From: Phycisphaerae bacterium
GTDB lineage: Bacteria > Planctomycetota > Phycisphaerae > UBA1845 > Fen-1342
Direction: 5' to 3'
NCBI GenBank assembly: GCA_050115495.1
Contig: JASFQK010000063.1
Coordinates: forward strand, 1-17,164
DNA: 17,164 bases
Positions within the stretch are counted from its first letter, which is position 1, and the number at the start of each line of letters is the position of its first letter. A program made the position numbers and the translations under genes. Shown piece by piece: positions 15,751-17,164 of the stretch. The notes under the pieces were generated by a model, which worked only from the letters and a program-made list of their open reading frames with translations, was not told the origin of the DNA and did not search any database.

Positions 15751-16742
15751 TTGTGACGTACTGCCAGCTTCCGCACGAACTGCTGGCCCGCCCCGACTTG
15801 AGCGCCGGCGCCAAGTTGGCTTGGGCGATGCTCTCCGATCGGCAGGCCGGGAACGGTTCGTGTTGGCCGTCTCTCCGCCGGCTTGCGGCGGACGTGGGGT
15901 TAAGCGTCAAGGCGACCACGCGCGCCGTTGCCGAACTGGAGGCGGCCGGGCTGCTCGCCGTAGCGCGTCGGGCCGGCAAGGGCGGCGTGACCCCGAACCA
16001 CTACTGTGTTCGAACCGATAGCGCCGAGTGTACGCGAAACGATAGCGCAGGCTGTGTGCGAAACGACAGCGCAGGCGATTCGACAGCGCAGGCGAAATGC
16101 ACTCATAGCGTGTGCGAATCGCCGACGCCGCGCGTATGCGAATCGCACACCGAACCAACCAAGAGAACTACCCAAGAGAACCACCCCCACGGGGCGGGGG
16201 CCGATGCGGGGCATGCAGCGGACGGGGTGGCCGAGGCCCGGAAGCTGCTCCGCGCACACCGCTTTGCCGGGGGCGAACATCTGCGGCGGGCGAAGGCCGA
16301 CGAACTGGCCGCGCTTGGAATCGCCGTGGTCCGCGTCGGGCTCGGATTGGCAGAGCGGGAGCGATGGCCGGCCGGTGTGTTCGCGTCGCGCATGGCCGAC
16401 CCCGACGAGCTGGGCAGAATCCGCACCCTCGCCGCCGGCTCGGCCGCGGCTGAGGCCCGACAGCGCAAAGCCGACGAGCAGCAGCAGGCCGCGGATGAAG
16501 CTGACCGCCGGCAACGCGAGGCCGAGCGGAAACGACGCGACCACTTCCGCGCCGCATTCGAGGCACTGGGCGACGATGACCGCGCGGCCGTGGTGGCTTC
16601 GGCGCGGGCCGGCGCCGGGATCATCGGCCAGAGGTACCTCGACCGGGGCGGGTATTGGACTGTCGCCGCGCCAGACATGATCCGCGCGCTCCAAGGACGC
16701 GCCTTAGCATTAGGCGAAGGCGAGGCAGCGGAGGCCCTATGA
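15744..16742 (+). CDS. HTH_36-type phage/element replication initiator-like protein
   Basis: N-terminal LPHELLARPDLSAGAKLAWAML...CWPSLRRLAADVGLS...RAVAELEAAGLL winged HTH followed by a repeat-rich linker. Overlaps the stop of the preceding gene. Confidence 0.75.
   Translation: MLIVTYCQLPHELLARPDLSAGAKLAWAMLSDRQAGNGSCWPSLRRLAADVGLSVKATTRAVAELEAAGLLAVARRAGKGGVTPNHYCVRTDSAECTRNDSAGCVRNDSAGDSTAQAKCTHSVCESPTPRVCESHTEPTKRTTQENHPHGAGADAGHAADGVAEARKLLRAHRFAGGEHLRRAKADELAALGIAVVRVGLGLAERERWPAGVFASRMADPDELGRIRTLAAGSAAAEARQRKADEQQQAADEADRRQREAERKRRDHFRAAFEALGDDDRAAVVASARAGAGIIGQRYLDRGGYWTVAAPDMIRALQGRALALGEGEAAEAL
16005..16181 (+). repeat. Iteron-like direct repeats inside the rep gene (putative origin)
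   Basis: 24-bp units at 16005, 16029 and 16053 plus a partial unit to 16093; t(g/a)tgcgaatcgc at 16111 and 16135; ccaagagaac at 16159 and 16172. Confidence 0.7.
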
Positions 16743-16951
16743 CCGTCACCTACCTTACGAGAACGTCACCGGTTCAACTTCCCGTCCCAAGCCGTTGCGG
16801 AGGCAGGAGTTGCGGTGCGGTGTGTGGTGGCTGCGGGGCCGGTTCAAGCCGGTACGTACCGAAACTGCGACTCGCACCCCCGCTCACGGGCTGGAATCGC
16901 GCCTTTTATTCGGACACTGCGGCCGGCCGGGTGGCAATAACGAGACCCTAA
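16739..16951 (+). CDS. Possible small hypothetical protein
   Basis: ATGA overlap with the rep stop codon; no recognisable motif. Confidence 0.25.
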   Translation: MTVTYLTRTSPVQLPVPSRCGGRSCGAVCGGCGAGSSRYVPKLRLAPPLTGWNRAFYSDTAAGRVAITRP

Positions 16952-16965
16952 CTTGAGGTGGCAGC

Positions 16966-17164
16966 ATGGCAGACACACTCACCTTTGACCCGACGTCGTT
17001 GTCGCTCACGATCCGCCACCCGGGCGGCGCATTCACGCCCCGGGCCGTCCGGGATCAGGCCGGCTCCCGACCCGCCGGGCAGGCCCAGACGAAGACGGTG
17101 GCGCTCACTCTCTCAGGAAGCCCGGCGTTCGAGGGCGATGCGACACTTGCCAAGCTTGCAGGTG
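16966..17164 (+). CDS. Hypothetical protein, truncated by the window end (MADTLTFDPTSLSLTIRHPGG...)
   Basis: GAGGTG RBS before ATG 16966; frame stays open to the window end. Confidence 0.55.
   Translation, partial: MADTLTFDPTSLSLTIRHPGGAFTPRAVRDQAGSRPAGQAQTKTVALTLSGSPAFEGDATLAKLAG

Larger units (their letters stand above)
13315..17164 (+). mobile_element. Left end of a tRNA-Gly-integrated element (prophage, phage satellite or IME); continues beyond the window
   Basis: Integrase starts 116 nt after the tRNA, followed by DUF1580-like and HTH replication-initiator-like genes with iterons. attR is not in the window. Confidence 0.8.

Overview
High-GC bacterial window, probably Planctomycetota (inferred from a DUF1580-like gene, the integrase type and the repeat families). 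From left to right it contains: a REP-like repeat cluster; a GH4 alpha-galactosidase; a composite repeat; a co-oriented three-gene minus-strand cluster; a divergent secreted TPR protein; an inverted copy of the composite repeat; a phosphoglycosyl transferase / formyltransferase / PIG-L deacetylase operon; tRNA-Gly(GCC); and the left end of an integrative element (integrase, DUF1580-like Xis, HTH replication protein with internal iterons). The three-gene cluster encodes a PlsA/Ger-like activator-reductase, a PlsR-like reductase and a Tes/GDGT-MAS(MJ0619)-like radical SAM enzyme. This is the main finding: a candidate bacterial operon coupling ester-to-ether lipid conversion with tail-to-tail C-C linking, i.e. 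possible membrane-spanning ether lipid (branched GDGT-like) biosynthesis. Its Tes homolog carries a duplicated rubredoxin-like domain. All family calls come from motif recognition by eye; no database searches were run.
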